The notes: generated by a model from the sequence alone, not told the origin. 39,688 bases of DNA from Psychrobacter sp. (GCA_020024075.1 JAHHUJ010000001.1:1-39688), one strand, 5' to 3'. Counted from the stretch's first letter, positions 1-10,325 are shown. Numbers and translations are program-made.

Positions 1-36
1 AGCAGCTTCTCGGTAGCTTTCAAAAAACAGTATCAT
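1..36 (-). CDS. Possible 5' end of a gene running off the window edge (MILFFESYREAA...)
   Basis: Minus-strand ATG at 36 preceded by GAGGG; frame open to the window edge; too short to identify. Confidence 0.4.
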   Translation of the reverse strand, partial: MILFFESYREAA

Positions 37-99
37 TGTAGTCCCTCATATTTTAGGAAGTATCCATTCTAATATGAGCTAATAAAGCTTACAGACATT

Positions 100-135
100 A
101 AAAAAGCCTTTAAGCTATATGAAGCTTAAAGGCTT
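100..135 (-). terminator. Rho-independent terminator of the dienelactone hydrolase gene
   Basis: Perfect 13-bp stem AAGCCTTTAAGCT/AGCTTAAAGGCTT with an A-run on the left (U-tail on the minus strand). Confidence 0.8.
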
Positions 136-169
136 ACTCTATCGATAAACTTGTTTATAGCAGTTATAG

Positions 170-910
170 TTATTGTAGCTGGTCACGCATAAAGTTAATC
201 ATTTTGTTCCAGCTTTCATTGGCTGCTGTTTCGTTGTAACCTAAGTCAACGCCGTTATCCGCTGCACGTTGGTCTGCATTTGGATTGGTAAAGCCGTGCT
301 TGGCATTGTCATAGACATCAACTGTGTAGGTAACGCCGGCATTGTCCATTTCTTGTTTAAAGCTTTCAACATCGTCCATAGAGACCATGCTGTCGTCACG
401 ACCATGAGCGACCAAAACTTTAGCGTTAAATTTGCCTTTTTCAGCAGGCTGCTTAGGAGATAGGTTGCCGTGGAAAGTTGCGACAGCTTTAACTGGCATA
501 CCTTCACGGGCCATATCTAACGCGATTTTGCCGCCAAAACAATATCCCGCTATGCCCAAACGATTGCCATCAACAGGAAGCTGGTCGGCAAAGTCGTTTA
601 GTATCGCACGGCAACGACCCATTAATTTATCTTGGTCGTTTAGCATTTGCGTCATCCACTCATTGGCTTGAGCCGCGTCTGTGGTCAGCTTGCCCTCACC
701 ATAGACATCCATTGCAATAGCAGCAAATCCAGCTTCAGCTAAACGTTCAGTGACTTTGCGGGGGTGCTCAACCACGCCCCACCATTCTGGAGCAACTAAA
801 ATACCTGGTACTGAGTTTTCATCAGTGGCATTTTCTGGAAGGGCAATATAGCTGATTAGCTCCATGCCATAGTCAGCAGTGGTTTTGATTTCGTACGTTT
901 TAATACTCAT
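170..910 (-). CDS. Dienelactone hydrolase family alpha/beta hydrolase
   Basis: PEWWG, GYCFGG nucleophile motif, HGxxD, HGF catalytic His; AAGGA RBS. Confidence 0.93.
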   Translation of the reverse strand: MSIKTYEIKTTADYGMELISYIALPENATDENSVPGILVAPEWWGVVEHPRKVTERLAEAGFAAIAMDVYGEGKLTTDAAQANEWMTQMLNDQDKLMGRCRAILNDFADQLPVDGNRLGIAGYCFGGKIALDMAREGMPVKAVATFHGNLSPKQPAEKGKFNAKVLVAHGRDDSMVSMDDVESFKQEMDNAGVTYTVDVYDNAKHGFTNPNADQRAADNGVDLGYNETAANESWNKMINFMRDQLQ

Positions 911-1226
911 CGATGATGTCCTTATTGATTTATGGGTTTGTTGTTTTTATTGAATACAGTTTATTACAGGTCGTTTATTACTTACTAAAGGCCATTTATT
1001 ACATAGGTTTTGCATCTAACTTCTAATAACATAACAAAGATTACTCATAGTTTCGATTTAAGAAATGTGAACAGGCTTTACAGGTTACTATCGGTTTGTA
1101 TTGATTCCCGAGGCTTAATCTATTAGTCTGCTGTCTATCATTTTGGCAGTGGCTTTAGACAAAGCTTAAGATAAAGAAAGTGGTTAAAAAAAACAGCAAA
1201 GTTAAACGACAAAGCGAGGAATTATC

Positions 1227-1703
1227 GTGGGTGACGAGCAGTTAAGAGCAAATTTCTGGGAAAAATACTCCCTAGACCAGCTGACCACAGCCGAGTGGGA
1301 AGCTTTGTGTGATGGCTGCGGCGGCTGTTGTCTTGAGAAGTTCTTGGATGACCCTGACTCACCTTATGAAGTGGAATACACAGATGTGGCGTGTAAGCTG
1401 CTGGATTGTAGTACTGGTTATTGCTCAAACTACGACAATAGGCATCAGTTTGTGCCGGAGTGTGTGTCTTTAACAGCCGATAAGCTGCCAGATATGATGT
1501 GGTTACCGAGCAACTGTGCTTATAAGCGGATATATTTGGGTGAAGCTTTACCTAAATGGCACTTGTTATTGACCCAAGATATAGAGCTGACCAAGCAAGG
1601 AATGCGTAAGGCAGGTGTAGGTGTGGCAGGGCGCTGTGTTAGTGAAAAGCAGGTCAATGAAGAGGATCTTGAGGAGCGTATTGTACGCTGGATACAGGCG
1701 TAG
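1227..1703 (+). CDS. ycgN: YcgN family cysteine-cluster protein (UPF0260)
   Basis: EWEALCDGCGGCCLEK, ACKLLD, CSNYxxR, WLPSNCAY; GTG start after GAGGA. Confidence 0.88.
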   Translation: MGDEQLRANFWEKYSLDQLTTAEWEALCDGCGGCCLEKFLDDPDSPYEVEYTDVACKLLDCSTGYCSNYDNRHQFVPECVSLTADKLPDMMWLPSNCAYKRIYLGEALPKWHLLLTQDIELTKQGMRKAGVGVAGRCVSEKQVNEEDLEERIVRWIQA

Positions 1704-1755
1704 CACTTGATGCATAGGCAATAATAGACCACCACCATCTGATTAACTTAGTATC

Positions 1756-1782
1756 AAAAAAGGAGCGCTAAGGCTCCTTTTT
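1756..1782. terminator. Bidirectional terminator between convergent ycgN and amtB
   Basis: AAAAAAGGAGC-gctaag-GCTCCTTTTT. Confidence 0.85.
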
Positions 1783-1829
1783 CACTTTCTGTATTGATTT
1801 GTTATAAGAGAGAATCTCTTAATCAGTGA

Positions 1830-3083
1830 CTATTTAACAAATTCAGGATAGGCTTCTTGGCCACATTCTGAAAGGTCAGCGCCTTCATATTCATCTTCTT
1901 CTGAGATACGTAGACCAACCACTGCTTTAAGAATACCCCAAACGATTAAGCTTGTTACGAATACCCAGATAAAGATAACCGCTGCGCCGCCTAACTGACC
2001 TAAGAATGAAGCATCAGAATTAGTAATCGGTACAATCATTACCCCAAAGAAGCCGACCACACCGTGGACAGAGATAGCACCAACCGGATCGTCAATTTTC
2101 ATTTTATCCAATGCTAGAATAGAGAATACAACAATTACACCAGCAATCATACCAAACACAGTTGCTAATAATGGTGTAGGAGTATCAGGACCGGCAGTAA
2201 TGGCTACCAAACCTGCTAATGCACCGTTTAATAGCATGGTTAAATCGGCTTTGCCAAAGATAAGACGAGCAATAATTAGGGCACCAATAGCACCACCAGC
2301 CGCCGCTGCATTAGTATTCATGAATACAATAGCTACAGAGTTTGCATTAGCGATATCACCTAGCTTTAATACCGAACCTCCATTAAAGCCGAACCAACCC
2401 AACCATAAGATAAGCGTACCTAAAGCTGCAAGGGGTAGATTGGCACCTGGGATAGCACGAATTTCACCATTCTTACCATATTTACCTTTACGAGCACCTA
2501 GTAATAATACGCCTGCTAGTGCAGCGGCAGCTCCGGCCATATGCACAATACCAGAACCTGCAAAGTCAGTGAAGTTTAGCGCACCAATGAAGGGAACTTC
2601 ATTACCACCCCAAGTCCAGCTGCCTTCCATCGGATAGATAAAGCCGGTCATGATGATAGCAAAGGCAAAGAATACCCAAAGCTTCATACGTTCAGCTACA
2701 GCCCCTGATACGATAGACATACTAGTGGCTACAAATACTACTTGGAAGAAGAAGTCTGCAGCAGATGAGTAAACAGAGTCGCCCTCAAAACCATTTTCGG
2801 CTGAAGCAGCTAAAGCATCCGCGACGAGAGTATCACCCCCCATAATGCCTTCTAAGAAAATGCCGCCACCATACATAAAGTGATAACCGCAAATCATATA
2901 CATGGTACAGGCAATAGCGAATAGACCTATATTTTTGGTCAAAATTTCAGTGGTGTTTTTGGAGCGGACTAGACCTGCTTCTAGCATAGCAAACCCTGCT
3001 GCCATCCACATAACAAGTGCACCACAGATTAAAAAGTAAAAGGTGTCTAGGGCGTATTGTAGTTCAAAGATTTGGTTTTCCAT
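1830..3083 (-). CDS. amtB: Ammonium transporter
   Basis: AGFAMLEAG, DFAGSGIVH, WLGWFGFNGGS, DDPVGAISVHG; start moved to ATG 3083 (MENQIF) behind AGGGGG; follows glnK. Confidence 0.95.
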   Translation of the reverse strand: MENQIFELQYALDTFYFLICGALVMWMAAGFAMLEAGLVRSKNTTEILTKNIGLFAIACTMYMICGYHFMYGGGIFLEGIMGGDTLVADALAASAENGFEGDSVYSSAADFFFQVVFVATSMSIVSGAVAERMKLWVFFAFAIIMTGFIYPMEGSWTWGGNEVPFIGALNFTDFAGSGIVHMAGAAAALAGVLLLGARKGKYGKNGEIRAIPGANLPLAALGTLILWLGWFGFNGGSVLKLGDIANANSVAIVFMNTNAAAAGGAIGALIIARLIFGKADLTMLLNGALAGLVAITAGPDTPTPLLATVFGMIAGVIVVFSILALDKMKIDDPVGAISVHGVVGFFGVMIVPITNSDASFLGQLGGAAVIFIWVFVTSLIVWGILKAVVGLRISEEDEYEGADLSECGQEAYPEFVK

Positions 3084-3191
3084 TAAGATTCCCCCTTGGA
3101 ATGTGCTCAAGATTGTCTGGATATCATTTGTAGTGGCGATTTAAGTTCTTGATCTTAAAAAGCCGAAATGAGTGCTGTGATCGATCACAGC

Positions 3192-3539
<348 letters not shown>

Positions 3540-3631
3540 TTATTAATGACTTTGATAATATTTTGATTGAGTGATTTACAACAAACGGCTTGTTAATACG
3601 TCTATTTAGCTATTGTCTTTGATGTCATTGT

Positions 3632-3647
3632 TTCAAGAATTGTGCCA
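3632..3647 (-). promoter_or_regulatory. Sigma54 (-24/-12) promoter for glnK-amtB
   Basis: Minus strand TGGCAC-AATTC-TTGAA; perfect -24 element, GA instead of GC at -12. Confidence 0.7.
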
Positions 3648-3686
3648 ACTAAAAACGAAGGGGGATGACGTTTTTAGGGCTAAAAA

Positions 3687-3749
3687 TGCATCAAAATAGT
3701 GCGTATTAGACTTATAATGCACCAATTAAGCGTGCACCATATCAAGCAA
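3687..3749. promoter_or_regulatory. NtrC-like enhancer sites
   Basis: TGCATCAAAATAGTGCG at 3687-3703 resembles TGCACCAnnnTGGTGCA; further TGCACCA half-sites at 3718 and 3733. Confidence 0.7.
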
Positions 3750-3931
3750 TAACTGAATTATTATAACTAAGTTTAACAAGAGAAGGTTAGCCATTGGTTA
3801 GTAATTTGTGATATCTCATTGATTGTAGGCTAAGAGACAAATAGCTCGGTTGAGTAGCTATCAATAGTGATGACGCATTAGTTATTGTGCGTACTTATGG
3901 TGATGATAATCAGTAAATAATTACAGAAATT

Positions 3932-4308
3932 ATGGATATAGTATTGTACTTAAGATGGGATTAGTCTGGGTTACTTATTTTCGGTATTGAGTCGGTAATT
4001 TCAGTCATGCTATGGGGGTTGCTTTTTGGTTTGTCAGTGACTATGTGTAGACTGAGGTAGCATACTGAGGCGGCATACTGAGCAAGTAGGTGACAAAGGT
4101 CAAAGCAGTCGTTACCTTGGTGGGGGCCAGGGAGTTTAATCTTCAATTATGATGATAGTTACTTGGTCAATCATGATGATAGGCTACTTGGGTTGCCGGC
4201 CTAACCTTAGCCTATTTGCCCCAATTTGGCGCGATGAGTATCATTTATCTATCGATTCTATTCTTTATCCCTGCCATCTTGTGTCACTTTTGGCCAAACA
4301 AGCATTGA
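3932..4308 (+). pseudogene. Decayed 3' remnant of a multi-pass membrane protein gene (possibly MFS transporter)
   Basis: Hydrophobic segments SGLLIFGIESVISVMLWGLLFGLSV and VAGLTLAYLPQFGAMSIIYLSILFFIPAILCHFWPNKH*, interrupted by stops, two short duplications and a frameshift. Confidence 0.6.
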
Positions 4309-4397
4309 GAGTTAAGTAGGACGCTAGGAATACTCGCATTTCAAAAACAAACAAAGTCACACAGTTTTCCTAGTGCTTGTTGCCAATATTAGATTAG

Positions 4398-5258
4398 CTA
4401 CATTTTTGGATACAGCAAATAGGGGCTCTGACTGGCTTTTAGTAATTTACGGGTGTTACTGCCATGCAATAGCTCATGCAAACGAGACTCACCAAAAGCC
4501 CCTGTTATCAGTAGGTCCAGCTTGTTTTGTTGCTGATAAGATATCAAGGCGTTGGTGACATCATTGCCATCTAGCAAAGTTTTTTTGCAGTTAATTCCTG
4601 ATTGAGTTAATCGGGCATAGGCTTCACGTAGCGCCTCTTTATTACGCTCATTATCCTCTCCGACCATCACTACATGCAGGCTTAAATTTCTAATTAATGA
4701 GGTGCTACACAACCAATCCAGTAAGGCATGGCAGGTTGGTCGGTTATCAAAGCCAAAAAGTGCAGTTTTTGGAATTTTAAAGTTCTCATGAGTGACCAAG
4801 GCAGGGCAGCGGCTGGCTCGTATCAGCTGAGATAAGGTGTCTTTGCAGGTTACTTGATGACCAAGAACGACCAATTGGGCACTTTCATCGACATAATCCA
4901 AGCTTTCAGGGATAGAGGCATGGCGATGCAAGTAATAAAGTTGATGCTGATAGCGGCCTTGGTGCTGCTTACAATAATTATACGCCTGCTTTAGTAGCAA
5001 TCGCCCTTGATCACGCAGCTTGCCATTGCTGTCCTTTTCTTCCAAGGTTAATTGATTAAGTAAGTTCGTGCCATCATCGGCGACCAGGCACCCTGAATAA
5101 TCCAAGGCCTCCTTGTGCTGTACAGTAGGGGCGGCGTACAATAGGCCTATGGGTGCGTGTAAGTTCTTGGCTGCCCACATACTGGCCTCAAGTACGGCCT
5201 GTACATGATTGGGACAATCAAGACTAGCAATGACACTATTCTCTCTTAAATTACTCAT
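4398..5258 (-). CDS. Universal stress protein with tandem USP domains
   Basis: VIASLD...ASMWAA N-terminus, LLITGAFGESRL...GSNT C-terminus; follows sulP; start ATG 5258 or 5267. Confidence 0.88.
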   Translation of the reverse strand: MSNLRENSVIASLDCPNHVQAVLEASMWAAKNLHAPIGLLYAAPTVQHKEALDYSGCLVADDGTNLLNQLTLEEKDSNGKLRDQGRLLLKQAYNYCKQHQGRYQHQLYYLHRHASIPESLDYVDESAQLVVLGHQVTCKDTLSQLIRASRCPALVTHENFKIPKTALFGFDNRPTCHALLDWLCSTSLIRNLSLHVVMVGEDNERNKEALREAYARLTQSGINCKKTLLDGNDVTNALISYQQQNKLDLLITGAFGESRLHELLHGSNTRKLLKASQSPYLLYPKM

Positions 5259-5382
5259 AAAAATCACTCAAACAGGGAAATATCCCTTTTCCTTAAAATA
5301 AGTGTCCCACTCAAGCAAGGCTAGAGTGGGATTAACTGGACTTGGCTACTTAGATTAGACTACAGAGGCGCTTTAGGGTGCT

Positions 5383-6903
5383 CTAGTCTAGTAAGCCGAT
5401 ATCACGACGGTCGTGAATTGAGAACTTATCAATAATGGTGCGGCTCGCACTGTTTAGCCCCACTACTTTAACATCAATTCCTTCGCGTTGAAAACGAATC
5501 ACTAACTTGTCTAAGGTGTCTACAGCAGTGACATCCCAGAAGTGGGCTTGGCTCACATCAATAACTACTTTATCTAACGCTTCTTTAGTATCAAAGCTGT
5601 CTAAGAATAGTGTCGTTGAACTGAAGAAAACTTGCCCTTGAACGTAGTAATAGCGGGTATTATTTTCATCATCGAGCTCACTGACCACACTTAAGAACTG
5701 TCCAATCTTATTGGCGAAGAATAGCGAGGATAAAAGCACACCAACCAATACACCATATGCTAAGTTATGAGTAAATACTGTGGTAATGACCGTAGCTAAC
5801 ATCACCACGTTAAATGACATGGGATGGGTCTTAAACTCACGGATAGACTCCCAGTTAAAGGTGCCGATAGAGACCATAATCATTACTGCTACCAGTGCTG
5901 CCATTGGAATTTGGCTTACCCAATCACTTAAGAACACCACCATGATGAGCAGGACTGCACCTGCGATAAAGGTAGACAGGCGGGTGCGTCCACCAGATTT
6001 AACGTTAATAACTGACTGACCAATCATGGCACAGCCTGCCATACCGCCGAAGAATCCTGAGGCAACGTTGGCGATACCTTGACCACGACATTCCCGATTT
6101 TTATCACTTGGGGTATCGGTCAAATCATCAACAATAGTGGCGGTCATCATCGACTCTAGCAAACCTACCACTGCCAATGCCATAGAGTAAGGGGCGATAA
6201 TTAATAAGGTTTCAAGGTTAAGAGGGATATCAGGCAGTAAGAATATAGGTAGAGTGTCTGGCAGCTCGCCCATATCACCCACATTGCGAATATCTAAGCC
6301 CATATATAAGGCCACTGCGGTTAAGCCGACAATGCAGATAAGCGGAGAGGGAATGATTTTGCCAATTTTAGGGATAAGCGGAAAACCGTAGATGATAACC
6401 AGTCCTGCAGCGGTCATCAGATATACTGTCAGGCCGACTCGCTCCATAGCTGGATTTAGCTCTGGTAACTGGGCCATAAAAATTAAGATGGCCAAGGCGT
6501 TAACGAAGCCAATGACCACTGAGCGTGACACAAAGCGCATCAAGTTACCCAGTTTGAACACGCCCATAAAGAATTGAATCACCCCGCACAATAAGGTAGC
6601 GGCAAGCAAATATTGTAGGCCATGATCAGCGACCAAAGTTACCATAACCAAAGCCATAGCCCCAGTGGCTGCCGAAATCATACCGGGGCGACCGCCAACG
6701 AAGCTAATAACTACGGCAATACAAAATGAGGCGTATAATCCGACTTTGGGATCTACACCGGCGATAATAGAGAAGGCAATGGCCTCAGGGATAAGGGCTA
6801 AGGCAACGACTAATCCTGAAAGCACATCACCTCGCACATTTGAGAACCACTCGTCTTTTAGCGTATTTAAGGAAGGTACTGTTATAAGCATAGATTTGGG
6901 CAT
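5383..6903 (-). CDS. sulP: SulP/SLC26 family inorganic anion transporter with STAS domain
   Basis: LALIPEAIAFSIIAG, GGRPGMISAATGA, GCAMIGQS, C-terminal STAS (GQVFF...WDVTAV). Confidence 0.93.
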   Translation of the reverse strand: MPKSMLITVPSLNTLKDEWFSNVRGDVLSGLVVALALIPEAIAFSIIAGVDPKVGLYASFCIAVVISFVGGRPGMISAATGAMALVMVTLVADHGLQYLLAATLLCGVIQFFMGVFKLGNLMRFVSRSVVIGFVNALAILIFMAQLPELNPAMERVGLTVYLMTAAGLVIIYGFPLIPKIGKIIPSPLICIVGLTAVALYMGLDIRNVGDMGELPDTLPIFLLPDIPLNLETLLIIAPYSMALAVVGLLESMMTATIVDDLTDTPSDKNRECRGQGIANVASGFFGGMAGCAMIGQSVINVKSGGRTRLSTFIAGAVLLIMVVFLSDWVSQIPMAALVAVMIMVSIGTFNWESIREFKTHPMSFNVVMLATVITTVFTHNLAYGVLVGVLLSSLFFANKIGQFLSVVSELDDENNTRYYYVQGQVFFSSTTLFLDSFDTKEALDKVVIDVSQAHFWDVTAVDTLDKLVIRFQREGIDVKVVGLNSASRTIIDKFSIHDRRDIGLLD

Positions 6904-7438
6904 AGTGTTTGGGTCGATTATTTGTTAAGTTGTATTTTATAGGGATATGAAACTAAAAAATAGACGAAAGTAGCCGGTGCTGTCATGTAAGCGCTATTAC
7001 CAAAATTTACGGTAGGCTATCGGCCATACAGCTCATCAGAGGTATGCTATCTTATTGATGAAAATACTGTCATAAATTATTCACATCACAACAGTGGTGT
7101 TATAGTGAAATGATATTGATCGGTAAATATCAGCATGAGGTGACGCTTCTAAACATAGCCCACTTTATCATGTCAAAAAAACAAAGATATGACCACAGAA
7201 ACGTAAGTAAATTCAGTTCATAGAGGTTAGGCTCATGGTAGAATAAACACCTTCCATCCCTAGCAACGACTTAGTACCCTATTTTAATTTCAACATTGAT
7301 TAATTCTGTGACAATGACAGCAAGCTGCCGTCGATTCAGGTTGAATAGCTAGTGTAAGTAGCAGTAAAAGTAAATAGGGGCTACATATTACTACAAAAAT
7401 GGGTGCATCATAGCACAATATAGAAACAAGGACAGACC

Positions 7439-9049
7439 ATGAGTACTGACCCAACCCTAACCGATGCCAATAGCTCTTCGGTAGATACTACAGCTTATAA
7501 GTCACAAAATGCGTTACACAATACGTTGCATAGCAACAATCAAGCTTCCTCGAACCTTGAGTCTAAGCAGGCATCAAGTGTGGGCCATTATCAGCCCAGT
7601 GACCAATATCAAGGCAATACACAGTCTGAGAGCCTGCCATCAGCACTTATTCAAAAGGGCAGTGGGCTACAAGTAGTCATTGGTATGGGGCGCTCGGGTT
7701 TGGCGACAGCCAATTATCTAGCAAAGCGCGGTTATAATGTTGCGGTTACTGATGGTAATGCCGCCCCTAAATTGGCCGATCAATTAAATCCAGCTATCGA
7801 AATCCGAGCCTTTGGTGATATTGATGCTGAGCTTTTATTGCAAGCTGAACGAATTATTATTAGCCCAGGGGTACCCTTAACTACACCTGCTGTGGCTCAA
7901 GCCAAACAAGCTGGCATTGCCATTGTCAGTGACATCCAATTGTTCAAAGAAGCTTGCAGTGCGCCTATCGTTGCCATAACAGGCTCTAATGCCAAAAGCA
8001 CCGTGACTACCTTATTGGGGCTGATGGCTAAAGAGGCTGGTATCAAGGTCGGCGTTGGCGGCAATATTGGGGTGCCCGCGTTAAGTCTATTAGAAGATGA
8101 ACAGTTGGGTGACCAAATGGAGCTGGCAGTTTTAGAGCTGTCTAGTTTTCAGTTAGAAACCGTCACCGACCTTGGTGCAAAAGTAGCCACAGTGCTAAAT
8201 ATGTCGCCAGATCACTTAGACCGTCATGGTGATATGCTCGGTTACCATCAAGCCAAGCACCGTATCTTCCAAGGGGCGCAGTCTATTGTAGTGAACCGTG
8301 ATGATGCATTATCCAGACCGTTGATTGCTGATAATACGCCTCGACTCAGCATTGGTTCAAATGCGCCAGACTTGGAAGAATATGGGCTGATTACCGAAGG
8401 TGATGGCAGTATTTATTTGGCCAAAGGCACCAAAAAATTAATAGCAGCAGATAAGCTAAAAATAAAAGGCAAACACAATTTAGTAAATGCTTTAGCGGCT
8501 CTCGCGTTGGGTGAGTTGGCAGGTGTTGCTATGGAAAGTATGCTGCAAACGTTACAAGAGTTTTCAGGACTGCCACACCGTTGTCAATTTGTGGATAATG
8601 TGGCAGGCATAGATTACTTTAATGATTCCAAAGGAACCAATGTAGGTTCAACACTAGCGGCTATCTTAGGCCTTGGGTCTGTTTATAGTGGACAGAGCAA
8701 TGGTAAAACCAAATTAATACTGATCTTAGGTGGTCAGGGCAAAGGTCAAAACTTCGCTGAGCTGGCACCTTTAATCAACAAATATGTGACTCAGGTATTG
8801 TTAATTGGTGAAGATGGTCAGCTGATTGCTGAGCACTTAAATCAAGCCGACTTATCTGATGAGGTGCAGCTACATCTTTATCAGACTTTAGATCAAGCTA
8901 TGGATAAGGCTCAGCAATTATTGAGCAGCAGTTTGTCACAAGTGGCGGCAGTTTTACTGTCTCCTGCCTGTGCAAGTCTTGATCAGTATAGTAGCTACAA
9001 TGAGCGCGGTGACCATTTCTGTCAGCTTGTCACTGCATTGAAGTCCTAA
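7439..9049 (+). CDS. murD: UDP-N-acetylmuramoyl-L-alanine--D-glutamate ligase
   Basis: GMGRSG, ISPGV, ITGSNAKST, ELSSFQLE, DHLDRH, NDSKGTN, LLSPACAS. Confidence 0.96.
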   Translation: MSTDPTLTDANSSSVDTTAYKSQNALHNTLHSNNQASSNLESKQASSVGHYQPSDQYQGNTQSESLPSALIQKGSGLQVVIGMGRSGLATANYLAKRGYNVAVTDGNAAPKLADQLNPAIEIRAFGDIDAELLLQAERIIISPGVPLTTPAVAQAKQAGIAIVSDIQLFKEACSAPIVAITGSNAKSTVTTLLGLMAKEAGIKVGVGGNIGVPALSLLEDEQLGDQMELAVLELSSFQLETVTDLGAKVATVLNMSPDHLDRHGDMLGYHQAKHRIFQGAQSIVVNRDDALSRPLIADNTPRLSIGSNAPDLEEYGLITEGDGSIYLAKGTKKLIAADKLKIKGKHNLVNALAALALGELAGVAMESMLQTLQEFSGLPHRCQFVDNVAGIDYFNDSKGTNVGSTLAAILGLGSVYSGQSNGKTKLILILGGQGKGQNFAELAPLINKYVTQVLLIGEDGQLIAEHLNQADLSDEVQLHLYQTLDQAMDKAQQLLSSSLSQVAAVLLSPACASLDQYSSYNERGDHFCQLVTALKS

Positions 9050-9116
9050 TTTGGATTGTGATTTATTCTATTAACCCAAATTATTAAAAAATAGTTTTAA
9101 GTACAGTTGATACCCT

Positions 9117-10325
9117 ATGGCAAAAGATACAGCTAATGCATCTGGCTACACTCCAAATGCTCTGTCCAAACGTAAGCAAAATAGTACCGGCGTATTTTCA
9201 ATGCCATCAGCAGGAAGCGTGCTGATTACCAGCGTCAGCTGTCTGATGGTGTTAAGCCTTATCATGGTGGCTTCAGCCTCCATTCCTTTTGCCAATATGC
9301 ATGATATTGAACCGCTTTACTTTTTTAAGCATCAATTAATGTACATGGGCTTGGGGCTAGTAGCAGGGTTTATGGCTTACAAAGTACGCCTTTTGTGGCT
9401 ATATGATATGTTCACTCTGGCCTCGGCACTGCTGATAGTTCTTGCATTGTTATTAGCCACCTTGCTGTTTGGGGACGCTATTAATGGCTCTAAGCGCTGG
9501 ATTGAGATTGGCTCCTTTAACTTTCAGGTAGCGGAGCTGGCTAAGCTTGTGATGGTGATGTTTACTGCTGACTTTGTGGTACGCCGGGGGACAGAAGTGC
9601 GCCAAGGCTACGGGGGTATCTTCCGTATGGGCGTGCTAGTTATGGTGCTGGTGGGTCTGTTTTTATCACAGCCTGACTTTGGGTCTTTGGTGATTATCAT
9701 TGGGGTTATTTTAGCCATATTCTTTGTGGGCGGTGCGCCTTGGAGCCAGTCTGGGTTTTTATTATTAGCCGTCTTATTGGGAGCGGCTTATGCGGTGATG
9801 TTCCAAGAGTATCGTATGACCCGTGCTACCTCCTTCTTAGACCCTTTCGATGATATTCAAGGCTCTGATTATCAGTTGGCCCGTAGCTTAATTGCTTTTG
9901 GCCGCGGTGAAGTGACAGGCGTGGGTTATGGCGAAAGTGTACAGAAGCTGGCTCATCTACCTGAAGCTCATACCGACTTTTTATTAGCTATTACCGCTGA
10001 AGAGTTGGGTTTGGTAGGCGTACTCACTGTACTGGCTTTAGAAGCTTTGGTGATCGCTAGTGCCATGCGTATTAGTTATATAGCACTAAAAAACCGTCAA
10101 ATGCGCTTGAGCTATACAGCCTTTGGTTTTGCGGTAATCTTTATTGGTCAAGGTGTGATTAACGCAGGAATGAACATGGGATTAATGCCCACTAAGGGGC
10201 TGACTCTACCTTTCTTTAGTTATGGGGGATCTTCTATGTTGATTAGCTTAATCATGGTCGGTATCTTATTAAATATCCATAAGAAAACTTCACAAATACC
10301 TACGGCTCAATGTCGCCATTACTAA
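9117..10325 (+). CDS. ftsW: SEDS family peptidoglycan glycosyltransferase FtsW
   Basis: NGSKRWI, QPDFG, LPEAHTDF, PTKGLTLPFFSYGGSS; follows murD. Confidence 0.95.
   Translation: MAKDTANASGYTPNALSKRKQNSTGVFSMPSAGSVLITSVSCLMVLSLIMVASASIPFANMHDIEPLYFFKHQLMYMGLGLVAGFMAYKVRLLWLYDMFTLASALLIVLALLLATLLFGDAINGSKRWIEIGSFNFQVAELAKLVMVMFTADFVVRRGTEVRQGYGGIFRMGVLVMVLVGLFLSQPDFGSLVIIIGVILAIFFVGGAPWSQSGFLLLAVLLGAAYAVMFQEYRMTRATSFLDPFDDIQGSDYQLARSLIAFGRGEVTGVGYGESVQKLAHLPEAHTDFLLAITAEELGLVGVLTVLALEALVIASAMRISYIALKNRQMRLSYTAFGFAVIFIGQGVINAGMNMGLMPTKGLTLPFFSYGGSSMLISLIMVGILLNIHKKTSQIPTAQCRHY

Noticed and set aside
945..1010. Repeated TTTATTAC words upstream of the hydrolase gene
   Set aside because: Short, irregularly spaced and in AT-rich DNA; cannot be distinguished from chance
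2200..2637. 145-aa ORF antisense to amtB, and similar shadow ORFs inside sulP, znuB, fabF, the kinases and other genes
   Set aside because: Fully overlap well-supported genes; typical antisense or alternate-frame artefacts
3961..4146. 61-aa minus-strand ORF
   Set aside because: TTG start, no recognisable motif, and antisense to the more coherent pseudogene
4398..6903. sulP-usp pair as cargo of a mobile element
   Set aside because: Such pairs occur on transposons, but no transposase, terminal repeats or obvious compositional shift is visible here
7439..10325. murD-ftsW separated from the dcw cluster
   Set aside because: Fragmented dcw clusters are already known in Moraxellaceae; not novel
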